Part shown: one piece after another, positions 60,728 to 64,000 of the stretch
Position numbering within the stretch: the stretch's first letter is position 1
Layout of the letters: each line of letters opens with the position of its first letter
Origin: a bacterium
Lineage (GTDB): Bacteria > Electryoneota > JAOADG01
Direction of reading: 5' to 3'
NCBI GenBank assembly: GCA_963681965.1
Contig: OY820579.1
Location: 384,001 to 448,000 of the forward strand
Length of the DNA stretch: 64,000 nt
Position numbers and translations under genes: made by a program
Notes under the pieces: generated by a model
Databases searched by the model: none
Told to the model about the DNA's origin: nothing
Seen by the model: only the letters and a program-made list of their open reading frames with translations

Positions 60728-63493
60728 TTACTTTAATAGAACGATCTTCTGCGTCTTCGAAAACGCACCCGCTTGCAATCGCACAAAATATGTTCCACTC
60801 GCTAATCTCGAACCATCGATCTGCAATCGATATGTACCTGCAGTCTGATTCCGTTGCACAAATGAGCTGATTTCGCGTCCGGTAAGATCGAACAACTTTA
60901 GTTCGACAAAACCGGATTTCGGAAGCGAATACGAAAGGGTGGTAGTGGCGTTGAAGGGGTTGGGGTAATTCTGAGATAGGCTGAAATTGGTAAGTAAGGG
61001 TACGCTAAATGCTGGTACAGAAGTTATTATCCCAGAAATCGAAGTAATGAAGCCATCTCTTGAACCACTTAATGAGCTATCAATTGAGGCTGGAGCATTA
61101 GGAAAGTTGGGACTTCTAGTAAATCCACACACAAGAATGTTATTGCTATTGTCTATGCAGAGTCCATAAGGAGTTTCTATACCTGAGCCACCAAGAAAGC
61201 TACTATAAAATATTTGTGAACAATCAATATTCAATCTCGAGATAAAACAATCACGCAAGCCACCACCATAAAAACTCTGAAAAGCATCTGTAGTGATTGG
61301 AAACGAGTTGCTGGATGTCTGACCGGTTACTACAAGAGCATTGTAATTGTCAATCAGTATTTTACTTGCACTATTCGTCCCAGAATCACCCAAAAATGTA
61401 CTTGTTAAAACATGAGACAGCGTGCTATCAAGCCTAGAGACAAAACATGCAGATCCCTGAACCAGAGTGGTATCAAACGAACCAGGTGTAACTGGAAAGT
61501 TAGTACTTCCAGTAGAACCAGCAACAACAACGTTTCTGTTAGAATCTCTAATTAAATCGGATACACCATCATCTAACGAGCCGCCAAAGTACGTGCTTGA
61601 AACAAGTTGTGTTCCAATTGCACTTAAATGAGAAATGAAACCATCCATTCCACCGCTATTGACCGAAGAATAGGCACTTGGAGTCGTTGGCAAATTGTCA
61701 CTAGAGGTCCAACCACTAACAATTATCGAATTATCATTGCATTTGAGAATCGCACTGGGACAATCATATCCATTTCCACCCAAATAAGTACTATAAAGCA
61801 GAGTTGCTAAATTGTTTACATGAGCTGCAAAGCAATCATAGCTCCCCCCATTATAGGATGTATCAAAAACTCCAGTGGTAACTGGAAAATCATAGCTATT
61901 TGTATATCCGGCAACAAAGCAACCACCTAATCCATCATTGACAATTGCACTTCCAACATCGCCAGTATAATTGGTTGAGTCACCTGTAGAACCACCGAGA
62001 TAGGTACTGAATATGAGTTGTGATCCACTTGAACTAAACCTTGTTATAAATGCATTGTTGATGGGTGGAAAACCTACGCCTCTGTAACTACTTAAATTGG
62101 TGACAGGCAACGAATTGTCTCGAGTATACCCAGTGATAATTACTCCGTTAAACCCATCATTGCAAATAGCATTTGCGGAAGTAGCATTGAGAAAAGTACT
62201 ATACAGTAACTGACTTCCACTTTCAGTTATTTTAGTTACAAAACAGCAAGTATTATATGTGATAGAATCTAAGCATCCTGGTGTAAGAGGAAAGCCCTGA
62301 CCTTCAGTTGAGCCAGTTACAACTAATCCGTCACTTAAACCAGTAGCTGCGTATATGTAATCCATACTACTTCCCCCCAAATACGTACTATACACCAGTG
62401 GATCGATTCTCAGCGTCTGAGAGGCATCGTACCCATTCGGCAAATCGATCGCGAAGAGATTTTCCGACAAGAGTCTGAATTGTGCTGTGACAGCGTTTCC
62501 GCGAGCGCCATTTACGGTGGTTTGATAGGCACCCGGAATCGTCATTCGCAATTCACCGAGGGAGATGGGAAGCGACAGTTCATTCGATAATCGGAGGTCG
62601 GACACTCCTGTCCGACTCCTATTTGTGATAGAATTAATTGAGTCGACGGACAAGAGTGTCCGTCCTCCGCCTGCTATCGGCGCATCCAACCCCTCACACA
62701 CCATCTTAATTTGCTTGGGATCGGCACCGGGATGCACCACGAAATCGAATTCGAGATGGCCCTTGCTCTCATACCACTCGACATCGATTCCATTCCACAC
62801 ATCATGATACACCACGCGTGTAAAGTTCCGGCAATCCGGCGCCCACTTCGATGAGTCATTTCCGAGGAAATAATTATTGTGCCACGAAAGTTCGCCTTGT
62901 GTGTCGATCCATTTCGCTTGCGCGAAGGGTAGGTCGGAATTTATTCCGACATCCTCTTGTGTCGTGCATTTATCCGTAGGGGCGTATCGCATACGCCCTG
63001 TGGGCGCGAACGCGCCCATATTGGTTGGTGCATCTTGATCGGATAGGGGCGAATGCGATTGCCTTCGGCGAGCACTTTGTGGTTCGCCCCTACGGGAGTC
63101 GACAAATTTGAATTTGAGCGCGTGGGATTTTAATGCATATCGAGGAAGAAGGTTGCGATCCAAAGGATCAAAAGATGCGGGCGGATGCGGGGATCCGCCC
63201 CTACTGGCGTCAATGGGTTTCGTCGAATCGATCACAGACGTAACGAGGGTGACACCATCGCGCTCAAGGAACCAGGTGAAACCGTCGCGCCGCACCTCGC
63301 ACTTGTAGAGGACGGCAGAATCCCATTGTCCCCTGTTCTCGGTGAATTGGAATGGGTGCGGAAGGCGCGAGGATTGCACCGACACCGCAAATGTTTGTTG
63401 TGGGAGTAGTGAAAGCAAAAGCGATAGAGCGAAAACGAGCCTTGTCGCGGAGGCGAGTGTGCGAGTTCGCGGAATAGGATGGCGGACGTTCAT
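60728..63493 (-). CDS. Secreted SBBP (beta-propeller) repeat protein with conserved N-terminal domain and T9SS-type C-terminus
   Basis: Signal peptide after ATG 63493; FTENRGQW, NYFLGND..KW, VHPGADP, RIDPLVYSTYLGG; repeated STYLGG/GxTxSxNFPxT; NYPNPFN..QKIVLLK. Confidence 0.9.
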   Translation of the reverse strand: MNVRHPIPRTRTLASATRLVFALSLLLSLLPQQTFAVSVQSSRLPHPFQFTENRGQWDSAVLYKCEVRRDGFTWFLERDGVTLVTSVIDSTKPIDASRGGSPHPPASFDPLDRNLLPRYALKSHALKFKFVDSRRGEPQSARRRQSHSPLSDQDAPTNMGAFAPTGRMRYAPTDKCTTQEDVGINSDLPFAQAKWIDTQGELSWHNNYFLGNDSSKWAPDCRNFTRVVYHDVWNGIDVEWYESKGHLEFDFVVHPGADPKQIKMVCEGLDAPIAGGGRTLLSVDSINSITNRSRTGVSDLRLSNELSLPISLGELRMTIPGAYQTTVNGARGNAVTAQFRLLSENLFAIDLPNGYDASQTLRIDPLVYSTYLGGSSMDYIYAATGLSDGLVVTGSTEGQGFPLTPGCLDSITYNTCCFVTKITESGSQLLYSTFLNATSANAICNDGFNGVIITGYTRDNSLPVTNLSSYRGVGFPPINNAFITRFSSSGSQLIFSTYLGGSTGDSTNYTGDVGSAIVNDGLGGCFVAGYTNSYDFPVTTGVFDTSYNGGSYDCFAAHVNNLATLLYSTYLGGNGYDCPSAILKCNDNSIIVSGWTSSDNLPTTPSAYSSVNSGGMDGFISHLSAIGTQLVSSTYFGGSLDDGVSDLIRDSNRNVVVAGSTGSTNFPVTPGSFDTTLVQGSACFVSRLDSTLSHVLTSTFLGDSGTNSASKILIDNYNALVVTGQTSSNSFPITTDAFQSFYGGGLRDCFISRLNIDCSQIFYSSFLGGSGIETPYGLCIDNSNNILVCGFTRSPNFPNAPASIDSSLSGSRDGFITSISGIITSVPAFSVPLLTNFSLSQNYPNPFNATTTLSYSLPKSGFVELKLFDLTGREISSFVQRNQTAGTYRLQIDGSRLASGTYFVRLQAGAFSKTQKIVLLK
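62593..62668. repeat. In-frame inverted REP pair inside CDS
   Basis: GGAGGTCGGACACTCCTGTCCGAC ... GACGGACAAGAGTGTCCGTCCTCC. Confidence 0.85.
62929..63093. repeat. In-frame cluster of five REP-like hairpins inside CDS
   Basis: GTAGGTCGGAATTTATTCCGAC; GTAGGGGCGTATCGCATACGCCC; GGGCGCGAACGCGCCC; ATAGGGGCGAATGCGATTGCC; GGCGAGCACTTTGTGGTTCGCCCCTAC. Confidence 0.85.
63179..63204 (-). repeat. In-frame single REP inside CDS
   Basis: GTAGGGGCGGATCCCCGCATCCGCCC on minus, nearly identical to the MITE REP at 48418-48443. Confidence 0.85.
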
Positions 63494-63778
63494 GGCGGCT
63501 CCGATCAGACAGGTAGTATCATCATTATTATAATGCTGACATAGTCTGTTTACAAACAAAATGGTGTGATACTGAAAGCTGAATAACGATTCCCCCAACA
63601 GTCGTTCCACCGCTTCCCAGCAATTGCCTTTCCTGAATTCGATCATTGCGGCGGGTGACTTCTGAAGAATACCGCCACTACCGAAATTAAATGATTGTGA
63701 TGGCTTTGATCCTGAGATCGACCCTATGTCGCTGCTCCCCGATTTCGTATATTCGATCGAACTGACACAAGGAACTGT

Positions 63779-64000
63779 ATGCCCGACCGTATCGGTCAAG
63801 TAATCGTCTGGATTCTGCTGTTGCCGCCCTTTATCATGTCATTGACTCTTCACGAGTTCGGACATGCGTATGCGGCGTACCGGCTGGGTGATCCAACCGC
63901 CAAAGCGATGGGTCGCTTGACCCTGAATCCGCTCAAACATCTCGACTGGTTCGGGTTGTTGATGATGTTCATCGTCCATTTCGGCTGGGCGAAACCGGTA
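63779..64000 (+). CDS. Site-2 protease (M50 family), 3'-truncated by window; absent from ORF track
   Basis: Manual translation MPDRIGQVIVWILLLPPFIMSLTLHEFGHAYAAYRLGDPTAKAMGRLTLNPLKHLD..FGWAKPV; HExxH; AAGGA SD. Confidence 0.92.
   Translation, partial: MPDRIGQVIVWILLLPPFIMSLTLHEFGHAYAAYRLGDPTAKAMGRLTLNPLKHLDWFGLLMMFIVHFGWAKPV

Noticed and set aside
63494-63799. 102-aa N-terminal extension of the SBBP protein
   Set aside because: The signal peptide follows ATG 63493, and the extension overlaps the divergent site-2 protease start.
1-64000. Autonomous transposase (RAYT or DDE) for the REPs/MITE
   Set aside because: No ORF with HUH-Y1 or DDE transposase features was recognised in this window; mobilisation would have to be in trans.

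Overview
Bacterial chromosomal window, probably from an FCB-group/candidate-phylum organism (inferred from the YPNPFN...K(I/M)VL(L/V)K type IX secretion-like C-termini). Left part: polA end, DUF2867, an ankyrin-metallo-beta-lactamase-fold fusion and three giant modular surface proteins, one carrying cohesin and dockerin modules. Middle: three tandem membrane-anchored TPR paralogs, lpdA, a polyprenyl synthase, gmhA, BatA/VWA and ilvE. Next is an accessory island beside tRNA-Met: a twin-cyclase/STAND/TPR gene, a large serine recombinase whose own 3' end occurs three times, and a two-gene CBASS (CD-NTase + SLATT). Right part: housekeeping genes (rlmD-like, dusB, rhomboid, dapF, tatD, histone-H1-like, trpF-like, pabBC, pabA, prmA), an SBBP-repeat secreted protein and a partial site-2 protease. 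The most unusual signals are (1) GTAG/GGAG-footed REP hairpins found inside a 4-copy MITE, piled up in a 470-bp intergenic cluster, and inserted in frame at three places in a secreted protein, and (2) the repeated recombinase 3' ends, the two extra copies each followed by convergent AT-rich cargo. All calls are from reading the sequence and ORF track by eye; no searches were run.
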